IMG/VR virus record: IMGVR_UViG_3300012927_000004
Reading direction: 5' to 3' (one strand)
Source of the DNA: a virus
DNA: 64,000 nt
A program made the position numbers and the translations under genes. Positions 55,459-64,000 of the stretch are shown piece by piece. How positions within the stretch are numbered: position 1 is the first letter of the stretch; each line of letters starts with the position of its first letter. The notes under the pieces are model-generated. The model made no database searches. It was not told the origin of the DNA and was given only the letters and a program-made list of their open reading frames with translations.

Positions 55459-58215
55459 ATGTCCAATCCTAATAGGAATTTAGCAGGTACGAGCATTCCC
55501 AAACTGGGACTTGTGCGTACCAATCCTGAAGCAGCAGCTGTAATCAGTAAAGCTGTTAGAAACCACCTGCAGGCTCGTTTTGATGTATCAAAGCCGGCAA
55601 GTTTTTACAGTCTTAACACAGGTAAAATGCAGTCGATCTCAGATACTCAAAAGGATCGATTGAAAGAAAATGATAACATTCTGGATCTTTTTCCAGATAT
55701 CGTTCTGGCAGAACAAATTATCGTGAGCAGTATCTTGTCCCCCAAAGATATGTTCACTGATAACCTTATTTATCAAACAGTTGATACACTTCTTCCATCT
55801 CACATCCAAACGAGAATTAACGATATTATTCGTACTCATTTAGAAAGTTACTATGATATCAAGAGCGAGCTTCCAGAAATTCTCAGATCTGCTATCTTCC
55901 GTACAGGTTCGTATGTCTCTGCTGTCATTCCAGAAGCTGCAATCGATGAGATCATTAATGGTCGGAGTTATGCAACTGAATCTCATCGGAATCTAATTAA
56001 TGAGATAGTTGATTCAAACGGTCAATCAATCTCAATCGGTATTTTGGGATCTGGTATCAAAAAAGAAGGAGCTACTGCATTAGAAAGCTTCTTAAATAAT
56101 AATGCACCAACCTTTAAACATTCTAATGCAGTATCGTTAGAAGGTAAATTTGTTTTCTCCGATCAGATAAAAGAAGATAACAATTCAGGGAAACCAGAAG
56201 CTATATTTGAAGAAAATTCGACAACTGCAGCATTCCTTGAAATAACGGATAACTATCAGCTTATTAAGTTACCGAAATTACTGGAAGCTATTGCTGAACA
56301 ACGTATCAAACGTGCTATCAGAAACCCAATGTATAGCACGCATCAGCGAACAACTTCAGCTGAAATTGCGAGTGAGAGTTATGATGTTCATAATGTAAGT
56401 GATCCAAAGAAACTCAATAATGAAGAGTTTTCAAATCTTATCTATAAAAATAGCCGTCCTGAAGCACAGTTATTTACAATCTTTCCAAATAAGATCAGTC
56501 AGAAACGCCACTCTGTTGGTCGTCCACTTCGGATTAGAATTCCATCAGAAGCTGTCATTCCTGTTTATCCTCCTGGAGATCCTTCTAACCATCGTGGTTA
56601 TTTCGTAGTTGTTGATATCGATGGTAATTGGGTCACACGATCCAGTATAGATTCTTCAACTTCAGGTCTTCAATCATTAGCAGCTAATCAGAATCAAACG
56701 AATAACTTAACAGGTCTGATGCTTCAGAAGACTCATAAGACCTTAAGTGAAAGTCAAAAAGACATTCGAATTGATAACATGCTCGAGATCTATAGTTCTA
56801 TTGTTGAAAACGATATGATTACTCGATTGAAGAACGGTATTTACGGAACTCAACTTGAAATCGGTAAAGATAAAGAATGGGATCGTATCATGCTAGCTCG
56901 TGCATTAGCTGGTAAGATGACTCGACTTGTATATTTACCTGCTGAACTCATTACTTATTATGCGTTTGATTATCATCCAAACGGAATTGGTAAATCTTAT
57001 CTCGATCAAGTTAAAATGTTAACCAGTCTTCGTGCTGTTCTTCTCTTTAGTAAAGTGATGGCAGAAATGAAGAACGCAATCAATGTAACCAAGATCGATA
57101 TGACTTTGGATGCAGATGATCCAGATCCTCAGAAAACGATTGAGATCGCTTCTCACGACGTCATGAGAATGCGTGAGTCATTCTTCCCATTAGGTGTTAA
57201 CTCTCCTGTTGATCTTTTACAATGGATTCAACGAGCCGGTATGATGTTTACATTTAAAGGGCATCCTGGTCTTCCTGAAACATCATTTGATTTTAGTACA
57301 GCCAATCTACAACACCAAGTACCTGATTCTGCAACAAGTGACGATCTACGTAAACAAACCTTCATGACGTTTGGATTAACACCCGAACAAGTTGATGAAG
57401 GATTTAGCGCGCAATTCGCTACAACGATTATCAATCAGAACGCTCTATTTGCTAAGCGTATTGCATTACTGAGTGATAAAACAGCAGAGCATCTGACAAC
57501 TGATGTTAGAAATATATGTATTAACGATGCTCATATTCTTAAAGAGCTTATGAATGTTTTAGTAGAAGCTAAAGACGACGTGATCAAATATCTTAACGAT
57601 AATGATAAAGAAGAGTTTAATAAAGACCCTCATAAGTTCCTTCATTCTTTCATTGATATCATCATTGATAACATTTGGGTAGATTTACCTAAACCTAATG
57701 TTGGAAGTCAGGAAATTAAAGCTACAGATTTTAATAGTTATGCAGAGTTGCTGGATAAAGTACTTAACTCCTTTATTTCAAGCGAAGTCTTTAACTCTTC
57801 CTTCGATGGTGAAATTGCTTCTCATGCTGATGAGATCAAACAGTTCTGGAAACATCATCTACTTCGTAAGTGGGTTACTGATGAGGGATTCTTATCAGAT
57901 ATTTCCGAAATCTTTAAGCGTGATGAAGACGGTAATCCAAGTAATGATATTCTTGAACTCATGACTCAATACAAAGATGAAATTCTACTCTCTGCGATGA
58001 AGTTTATTAAGAAATCAAAAGAGACAGCAAAAGCAACTGATAAAGATCTTAATAATCTTGGTGTTGAACAAGGTCAACCCATTGAATCTTCTTCTGGTGG
58101 CACTGATGATTTCGGTACAGGAAGTGAATTCGATCTACCAACAGGCGATGAAGTTCCTGAAACTCCTGAAGAAGACGAGTCGGATAATAAACCGCCGGAA
58201 GTACCTGAAACGTAA
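55459..58215 (+). CDS. hypothetical large protein (918 aa) with strongly acidic C-terminal tail
   Basis: Long ORF ending in 'DDFGTGSEFDLPTGDEVPETPEEDESDNKPPEVPET'. Confidence 0.6.
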   Translation: MSNPNRNLAGTSIPKLGLVRTNPEAAAVISKAVRNHLQARFDVSKPASFYSLNTGKMQSISDTQKDRLKENDNILDLFPDIVLAEQIIVSSILSPKDMFTDNLIYQTVDTLLPSHIQTRINDIIRTHLESYYDIKSELPEILRSAIFRTGSYVSAVIPEAAIDEIINGRSYATESHRNLINEIVDSNGQSISIGILGSGIKKEGATALESFLNNNAPTFKHSNAVSLEGKFVFSDQIKEDNNSGKPEAIFEENSTTAAFLEITDNYQLIKLPKLLEAIAEQRIKRAIRNPMYSTHQRTTSAEIASESYDVHNVSDPKKLNNEEFSNLIYKNSRPEAQLFTIFPNKISQKRHSVGRPLRIRIPSEAVIPVYPPGDPSNHRGYFVVVDIDGNWVTRSSIDSSTSGLQSLAANQNQTNNLTGLMLQKTHKTLSESQKDIRIDNMLEIYSSIVENDMITRLKNGIYGTQLEIGKDKEWDRIMLARALAGKMTRLVYLPAELITYYAFDYHPNGIGKSYLDQVKMLTSLRAVLLFSKVMAEMKNAINVTKIDMTLDADDPDPQKTIEIASHDVMRMRESFFPLGVNSPVDLLQWIQRAGMMFTFKGHPGLPETSFDFSTANLQHQVPDSATSDDLRKQTFMTFGLTPEQVDEGFSAQFATTIINQNALFAKRIALLSDKTAEHLTTDVRNICINDAHILKELMNVLVEAKDDVIKYLNDNDKEEFNKDPHKFLHSFIDIIIDNIWVDLPKPNVGSQEIKATDFNSYAELLDKVLNSFISSEVFNSSFDGEIASHADEIKQFWKHHLLRKWVTDEGFLSDISEIFKRDEDGNPSNDILELMTQYKDEILLSAMKFIKKSKETAKATDKDLNNLGVEQGQPIESSSGGTDDFGTGSEFDLPTGDEVPETPEEDESDNKPPEVPET

Positions 58216-58230
58216 TCAAAAAAAAAATAC

Positions 58231-58263
58231 CACACTCCCTACGAGTTATTCGTAGGGAGTGTG
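58231..58263. terminator. bidirectional hairpin terminator
   Basis: Perfect 13-bp stem 'cacactccctacg' / 'cgtagggagtgtg', preceded by A9. Confidence 0.7.
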
Positions 58264-58270
58264 AATATGT

Positions 58271-59284
58271 TTATTGAATTGTTGTTGATGAAAGATATTG
58301 ATGAACGATTTTGTTTGGACTAATAATAGGTCCAGTAGTATCAATCGTAGTTGCAATAAGTGGTTGTTTTCTATCTGGACCAATCGTTTTAACAAATTCC
58401 AGAATTAAAAAAGGATGCTGGTCATGATTAGTAATGTCCGGTGGGTGAATAATGATTGAAAGAAATCCTCTTGGAACAACAGAAGGAGTTTTTGTATACA
58501 TTTCTTCAACTTCATCGAATTCACTTACCAAATGTTGATAAATTTTCTCTCGATAACTTGGCCATTGTTTTTCAATATCGTCTTTTGAAATTATAACTGG
58601 AACATGTTGGTTACCGATCCAATTTTGATACTGATAAATAAGTGATGGTTTCATGAGTTCATCACAAAACTTCATGTAGTAATCAACCATTTCTTGTTTC
58701 GTAAAGAAAACGATGGAACGATCGATTATACCAGATTCGTCAGGAATATCTTTATATAAAACCGGTACTATAGGTTCTATTTCAAACGTGAAAGAATAAC
58801 ATTGAGTAACGTGATGGTCATTACTGATTACATCAAGTCCTTCAACGAGATCTGGTGTCATGAAACTTTCAACAACCACAGCAGGTCTTAACCACGCTCT
58901 AGGATGGTTTATTTCTTCGATAGCAACTGAAACAACACACTGTGTATCGTTATCAGCCGTTATAGCAACTACCATTCCAATGCGAATACAAAATTTGGAA
59001 TCATCAGTTGTTTTATATTGCCCGATCTGCTGAATAACAAGAAGCATGATTCGCTTAATCATCAGTTCAGGATGAAATAAGATTTCTGCGATAAGTAATG
59101 GATATTCTTTAAAGAGTTCGATGGATTTAAACTCTTCCTGTCGCTCAATGAAATTAACTAACAGTTCCTTACAAAATGATTTGATGTCGTGCTTTGTGAT
59201 AACACATCTCATTTCAGCAGAATAAATAAGCTGATCTCTTAATGTGATTAACTCAATAGCAGGTTTCTGGACCTGTATAGTCAT
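58271..59284 (-). CDS. hypothetical protein (337 aa), third gene of a tight three-gene array
   Basis: ORF. It is separated from the upstream gene by 2 nt. Confidence 0.55.
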   Translation of the reverse strand: MTIQVQKPAIELITLRDQLIYSAEMRCVITKHDIKSFCKELLVNFIERQEEFKSIELFKEYPLLIAEILFHPELMIKRIMLLVIQQIGQYKTTDDSKFCIRIGMVVAITADNDTQCVVSVAIEEINHPRAWLRPAVVVESFMTPDLVEGLDVISNDHHVTQCYSFTFEIEPIVPVLYKDIPDESGIIDRSIVFFTKQEMVDYYMKFCDELMKPSLIYQYQNWIGNQHVPVIISKDDIEKQWPSYREKIYQHLVSEFDEVEEMYTKTPSVVPRGFLSIIIHPPDITNHDQHPFLILEFVKTIGPDRKQPLIATTIDTTGPIISPNKIVHQYLSSTTIQ

Positions 59285-59286
59285 CG

Positions 59287-60150
59287 TTAATTTCCATTTT
59301 CTTCAAATACTGGCTGTTCTGTAAGAAACTTGTACGAATGTAAAATATCGTTTCTTTTAACTTCTGTAGCTTTGTATTCCGGATGAGTAACATGTAGATA
59401 TGGAGTTGATGTTAGTTCGCGATCAACTCTGATATGAATACCCAAAGCGACGTTATTCTGTTCAGTGCCTGTATAACAAGCATCTAAGAATACGATTTGA
59501 CGTTCATTATCATCAGGATTTTCAATACGATGTTCGTAGAAGTCCGTAATGATATCATCAAGTTTTGCTTGTACCGATGAAAAATCTGCTTTCAGTTTTT
59601 GATTGGTAATGGCTTCAAATACCAAAGTCAAATGTTCGAAATACTGTTTAAGATTAGGTATTGCTTTATCGATATAAAACTTCTCAGAATCTTCGATCTC
59701 TTTATGTAAAACACGTAAATCAAATACAACATTAGAGATCATTGCTTTCTCATCGAACTTATGATTTTGAAAGACTTGGAATCCAATTGGCCAGATGGTT
59801 GTTAACTCATCCTTTTCATCAGTGTGCCAATGAATGGAATATTGAACATATTCCTTAATGAAATATTGTTGAGATTTAATACTCTCAGACATGATGGTAA
59901 TATAAATACGTGCTTGACCTTTAAAATCATTACGTGAGTCAATCTGGTAAAGTAGCATTTCTGCCAACTTTTCAGGATATACAATACGAACAGAACGCGA
60001 TAATGGAGACTGAGTTGTATACCGCGCGTAATAACGTTCGTGTATATCCTGAATAAAAGTGATGAGGTCATCAATATCTTCATCAGGTTTAATGTCTCGA
60101 TGAAAAATTACTTGTGTAAATTGGTCACCAGAACTAATAACAGGTATCAT
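59287..60150 (-). CDS. hypothetical protein (287 aa), second gene of the array
   Basis: ORF. It is separated from the upstream gene by 6 nt. Confidence 0.55.
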   Translation of the reverse strand: MIPVISSGDQFTQVIFHRDIKPDEDIDDLITFIQDIHERYYARYTTQSPLSRSVRIVYPEKLAEMLLYQIDSRNDFKGQARIYITIMSESIKSQQYFIKEYVQYSIHWHTDEKDELTTIWPIGFQVFQNHKFDEKAMISNVVFDLRVLHKEIEDSEKFYIDKAIPNLKQYFEHLTLVFEAITNQKLKADFSSVQAKLDDIITDFYEHRIENPDDNERQIVFLDACYTGTEQNNVALGIHIRVDRELTSTPYLHVTHPEYKATEVKRNDILHSYKFLTEQPVFEENGN

Positions 60151-60156
60151 CTTTAA

Positions 60157-61203
60157 TTATCCTTTGTTTTGTGATGAGAATATTTGTTCAATCAACCCAG
60201 TAGGCTGAACGATACTGATAGATTTTGGCGCATCTGGTGGTTTGACCAAACTTCCTTTCCAATAAACATCATAAGTACGATTGTCTTTTTCAATATTAGA
60301 AATAGGAATTAATGTTCCTGATGATGATAATTCACCTTCAATAATAATAGGATCCATTTTGGAATTATCAATATTGAGACGAACGTCCAGTATGATTTGC
60401 TGAGAAAGAATAACTTCTTTTGTCACATCGTCATCGTCTTTTAAATCTGACAATATGCGATTTTGGATTAATCTTTCAATAACATTTGTAACTTGTTGAC
60501 GAATACCGATATCATCATCAAGTTTAAAGAATGTCGGACTAATCAATTTGATATCAGATATTTTACCACCTTGTCTTAAGATGGCATTTTGATGCTGTTC
60601 CACTCTAGCACGAGCAAAACGATTGTAATTTTGTTCGATGAAGATCAGAAAGTTTTCAAGTGCTTCCGATGTTTTTATTTTATACATCGTTAGGTTATTC
60701 GTAAGTCTACTTATTGAATCACCCATTTCAACAACAAATAGAAAACGTGCAGTTTTCACATCGTTTCGTTGTTCATGTGAAACAAAAGAACTTCGAGTAG
60801 AGAAGAGATCTACGTTAAGATAGTTAACGTATTCGCGTTCAGGATATATGATCTGTACAGAAAATGTGATTGTCTGATTTCGATAAATAATGAGAAGACG
60901 AGCTTCACTCAGTTCTTTATCTATTTCACTATCAGCTTTTGTGATTGCTTCAATGAAAACATTAGCAACATCTTCTTCACTAACTGTCCAAGAACGCATC
61001 AAACTACATAACTGATGCGTTGTATATTCATCTTGAATAGTTTTGTAAGCATTCCGAACAAATACTTCTATATTTTCTTTCCATCGATCAGGTTCATTAA
61101 ACCTCAAATCTCCATTCTGACCGATACTGAATTCGAAAATAACAGTATGTGTTCGTGGAGTATCATTGAAAATGATTGGTTTTCGTTTTGAAAGATTTAA
61201 CAT
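60157..61203 (-). CDS. hypothetical protein (348 aa), first gene of the array
   Basis: ORF with a 'ggaggtgg' RBS. Confidence 0.55.
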   Translation of the reverse strand: MLNLSKRKPIIFNDTPRTHTVIFEFSIGQNGDLRFNEPDRWKENIEVFVRNAYKTIQDEYTTHQLCSLMRSWTVSEEDVANVFIEAITKADSEIDKELSEARLLIIYRNQTITFSVQIIYPEREYVNYLNVDLFSTRSSFVSHEQRNDVKTARFLFVVEMGDSISRLTNNLTMYKIKTSEALENFLIFIEQNYNRFARARVEQHQNAILRQGGKISDIKLISPTFFKLDDDIGIRQQVTNVIERLIQNRILSDLKDDDDVTKEVILSQQIILDVRLNIDNSKMDPIIIEGELSSSGTLIPISNIEKDNRTYDVYWKGSLVKPPDAPKSISIVQPTGLIEQIFSSQNKG

Positions 61204-61220
61204 ACCACCTCCTTAAAAAT

Positions 61221-61255
61221 CAAAAAATTTAAGACCCAGTTTCCCAGGTCTTAAA
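61221..61255 (-). terminator. probable rho-independent terminator of the 644-aa gene
   Basis: On the minus strand, 'aagacctgg gaaa ctgggtctt' forms a stem with two G-U pairs and a GAAA loop, followed by 'aaattttttgattttt'. Confidence 0.55.
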
Positions 61256-61273
61256 TTTAATCGTATTCAAATG

Positions 61274-63184
61274 TCAGATCGCTTTGATATACAACTCATT
61301 CTTACCCAACGTTTTGAACGCCTGATATCGAACACCATCTTTCGTGACAAAAATATGTCGTTCTACTTTGACGGTGTCAAAGAAATTGTTGGCATCACCA
61401 TCTAACAGAAGATCCTTCATGAGGTCATATAAAAGCTTATTGACATCGGGATGAAGGATGATTTTCTTATTCCCTTTAAGTTTCCCTGCCGGAATCTTTA
61501 GATCTACTCGATCAACCGGAATCAATGTCAGTGTATATGTGGATGGAATATATCCAACATATGTCCCATCTGGGCATGTTAGAATACCATCACTCTCCTT
61601 CAGGCATAGAGAGATTGTTTCACTCTTGAAACCCTGACAAACACTAGCATCAAAGAGTTTCAATTCTTCAGAACCATATGCTCCGAATTCTTGAAGAACA
61701 CAGATAGCAAGATCTGAATAATCTTCCATAAAACTTTCGATCCAGAGAGTTTCAGTTTCCAATGTTTCACGTAGAAACTGATTGACTTTCTTTGTGAGAA
61801 GATGATCGAGTTCTCTGATCAAACTCAGTGCATTGCTGAGTTCCTCTGAAGGAGTACTTCCTGAAAGATCAGATAGTGAGATCTGTAATTTGAGTGCAAG
61901 CTCCAATAAGGAATCGCATTTTGTCCAACGCGGTAGATAAGAACTGACATCGACCGATGAGACAATCAAATCAGGAATGAGCAGATACTTTCGATGGATT
62001 TCTGGTACTTCTGTTTTTGCGGTATCGAGTCGATACTGAGCAATTGCAGCACTAAGACTCAGATCAACTGCAATTCCTGGATGGATTTCATATTCCAATT
62101 CCGATCCGTCACCAACGATTTCTTTTACGGCCTCTTCATGTGTGATGGTATTGACGCCATTACCATGAGACATTTCGTGTTGCTGTCTATTCATTACGAC
62201 ACCCCCTGAATGAGTGGTTGAGTTGACTGGGCCTTTATTCAAAAAGGTTTCATCGGAAGTGATAAAAACATTTTGATCGTCTTCAAACAAAGCAATATCT
62301 GGAACATGACTTGGTTTTGAAGCTGTGCTATGACGAAAATATCGATCTTGACTGATATTTTCCATACGACTATCGGTCTTTGATAAAACCGGATTCAATG
62401 GTTCAGATTGACCAATATTGTAATCACGTGTTAAAGTTGGATCAGGACGTGATGAAAAACTTGTTACCACTTGTGGACCAGGTCGTGCAAATGCTGAACC
62501 AAGATGCCTCTGACCTTGTTGTAGATGCGGTGGAAGTTGTTGCATCGGAACAGACATTGGAATATGATGTCCAACTTGTGGGTATCCATTTTGAACTGGT
62601 ATAAATTGACCTGTCCGAGGATCCTGAATGTACATAGGTTGGTTAACAACCTGTGGCTGTTGCTGATAAACAGGTTGTTGATAAGGAGGATATTGAGGTT
62701 GCCCATTATAAGCTTGTCCATTATAGGACATTCTAGTCATCTCCGCTTTTAAGTTGTTAAATAGTCCAGCATTCTGACACGAAGCATCGTAATGTTGCGG
62801 TGAAATTACCGATTGTAACTCTGGAAAATCAAACACCAACTGAGAACTAAACAACGTCAAGATTTGATCAACAGTGGGGTCAACAAGAAATTGTGGTGAC
62901 GTCGCTGTTTTATTTAAGCTCATGATTAGGAAATCAACAGACCAACGAAAGACATCTTCGAAAGCTTGATTTCTCCAATTGTTGTAACTCAAGACGTTGA
63001 AACAAAACATTCTCATTGGGTTCTTACCGGCCTGTAAGACCGATTGATTAACAATTCTCAACGCAATATCTGGTAAAATATGATTGAGTTGAGGAATATT
63101 TACATCAGGGATAGGAGGTAATTGACTCTTATCGATCTGAAGTAAAGGTGATTCAGGTATATCGTATCTATATTGTAATGTCAC
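61274..63184 (-). CDS. hypothetical protein (636 aa from GTG 63184) with Q/P/Y-rich low-complexity segment
   Basis: The ORF track start is TTG 63208. GTG 63184 has 'aaggag' 6 nt upstream and leaves room for the conserved promoter-like motif, so I prefer it. The low-complexity segment spans about 62474..62731. Confidence 0.6.
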   Translation of the reverse strand: MTLQYRYDIPESPLLQIDKSQLPPIPDVNIPQLNHILPDIALRIVNQSVLQAGKNPMRMFCFNVLSYNNWRNQAFEDVFRWSVDFLIMSLNKTATSPQFLVDPTVDQILTLFSSQLVFDFPELQSVISPQHYDASCQNAGLFNNLKAEMTRMSYNGQAYNGQPQYPPYQQPVYQQQPQVVNQPMYIQDPRTGQFIPVQNGYPQVGHHIPMSVPMQQLPPHLQQGQRHLGSAFARPGPQVVTSFSSRPDPTLTRDYNIGQSEPLNPVLSKTDSRMENISQDRYFRHSTASKPSHVPDIALFEDDQNVFITSDETFLNKGPVNSTTHSGGVVMNRQQHEMSHGNGVNTITHEEAVKEIVGDGSELEYEIHPGIAVDLSLSAAIAQYRLDTAKTEVPEIHRKYLLIPDLIVSSVDVSSYLPRWTKCDSLLELALKLQISLSDLSGSTPSEELSNALSLIRELDHLLTKKVNQFLRETLETETLWIESFMEDYSDLAICVLQEFGAYGSEELKLFDASVCQGFKSETISLCLKESDGILTCPDGTYVGYIPSTYTLTLIPVDRVDLKIPAGKLKGNKKIILHPDVNKLLYDLMKDLLLDGDANNFFDTVKVERHIFVTKDGVRYQAFKTLGKNELYIKAI

Positions 63185-63205
63185 AAAAATCTCCTTTACT
63201 AACTT

Positions 63206-63240
63206 CAACTAGAGTATATGTTACTCTAGCGAATTAAGAA
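63206..63240 (-). promoter_or_regulatory. promoter-like motif, family member e (plus strand 'caactagagtatatgttactctagcgaattaagaa')
   Basis: 22 nt are identical to the 40915 copy. It shares the 27-nt frame GAGTATAT..TTAAGAA. It lies about 28 nt upstream of GTG 63184. Confidence 0.55.
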
Positions 63241-64000
63241 TTAATCTGATTCGTCATCGAGATCAGCTTCACTATAAATCTCAATTTCTTCAGGATCCAT
63301 ATCGTCGTCAGGTTCATCTTCAGGCTTTTCTACATCGAATTCTTCTTCACTAAGACTTAGATCTTCAGGATTAAAATTATTCGTACGGGTTAACATACTC
63401 TGAAGATTGGCAAGAACGTCCGTAAATTCAGGATTTGGAAGTAGAGTTCCTGTTTTACGATCGATGGTCACATATGGATTAATGCGCGTATTAGGCATCG
63501 GGTTTGATTTTGATAAGAACAAAACATTACCACCTTCGACCATACTTGCATCGATGTGATTGCTCTCATTCAACGTAACACGTTTTGATTTGCGTCTATA
63601 CCTTGACGACCCAGATTCTTGCTCTGTGATCTTAGAGGTTAGTTTGAAATACTTATGATCACCACAATAAGACACCGTCTCAACAATCATTTTGTCTTTA
63701 GTGATTCTGAAGATTGTGCGAGGTGTCATGATCTTATTAAAAGCTTCTGTAACACTCCTGATCGTAAGTGGTTTCTTCGATCTGGATTTACGAAGTTGAT
63801 AATTAACTTTGAAGATCTTAAATGCGATCTCAGCAAGCATATAGTAAAGAATCTCGACAGTCTTATTGAACATCGAATTTACATTGATTTGTCCACCTAG
63901 TAAGAGATTCGGAAAATCGATCATGATCTTTGCGATAAGATCATAAAAGTTTTCTACGTTCCAACCTATTTCTCTTAACTTGTCATGAACGATGATATCA
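63241..64000 (-). CDS. hypothetical protein with acidic C-terminus; 5' end probably beyond the window edge
   Basis: The ORF track starts at Met 63924, but the frame stays open with no stop to position 63999. The C-terminus is 'EEEFDVEKPEDEPDDDMDPEEIEIYSEADLDDESD'. Confidence 0.55.
   Translation of the reverse strand, partial: DIIVHDKLREIGWNVENFYDLIAKIMIDFPNLLLGGQINVNSMFNKTVEILYYMLAEIAFKIFKVNYQLRKSRSKKPLTIRSVTEAFNKIMTPRTIFRITKDKMIVETVSYCGDHKYFKLTSKITEQESGSSRYRRKSKRVTLNESNHIDASMVEGGNVLFLSKSNPMPNTRINPYVTIDRKTGTLLPNPEFTDVLANLQSMLTRTNNFNPEDLSLSEEEFDVEKPEDEPDDDMDPEEIEIYSEADLDDESD

Noticed and set aside
50855-58215. The idea that the 689-aa, 281-aa and 918-aa genes are tail sheath, tail tube and portal, based on size
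   Set aside because: It rests on size coincidence only. I could not recognise any sheath, tube or portal motif in the translations, so I left them as hypothetical structural-module proteins.
1-64000. A search by eye for tRNA genes, rRNA, CRISPR arrays, long direct repeats or integrase/att sites
   Set aside because: None was found. The intergenic regions are short and are explained by hairpin terminators, promoter-like motifs, the intron and the iscB leader.

Overview
This window is an AT-rich, densely coding 64-kb segment. It looks like part of a phiKZ-like jumbo myophage that encodes its own multisubunit RNA polymerases. Most genes are on the minus strand.

Recognisable content:
- A T4 gp21-type prohead protease.
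- A split RNAP set: a beta' N-terminal fragment with the DYDGD Mg site, a beta fragment carrying GEGG..ANR / QNSHGIP / GDKVVF..NQMKS motifs, and a separate 224-aa beta C-terminal fragment about 15 kb away.
- A 2233-aa gp181-like tail/ejection protein with an S74-like autoprocessing module, an M15 peptidase and a lytic transglycosylase.
- A gpV-like spike.
- DNA-metabolism genes: a UvsX-like recombinase, an RNase HI fusion, a Rad50/SbcC-like ATPase, a DEAH helicase and RuvC.
- Many hypothetical, probably virion, proteins.
- Perfect 11-17 bp hairpins at most convergent or tandem transcription-unit junctions.

Main hunting results:
1. A complete IscB (OMEGA-type RNA-guided nuclease) gene with a candidate omega RNA leader is wedged between two structural-module genes. 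No transposase is present in the window.
2. An ORF-less group I-like intron interrupts the RNAP beta gene exactly inside its most conserved active-site motif.
3. A strongly conserved bipartite promoter-like motif lies upstream of at least six minus-strand transcription units.
4. Several compositional (GC-rich) islands: a 612-aa unknown protein, the DEAH helicase, and one of two tandem micro-membrane proteins.
5. A CYTH-like protein, an internally duplicated protein and a Q/P/Y-rich low-complexity protein.

I found no tRNA, rRNA or CRISPR array. All functional calls come from motifs read by eye in the translations and need profile or structure searches to confirm.
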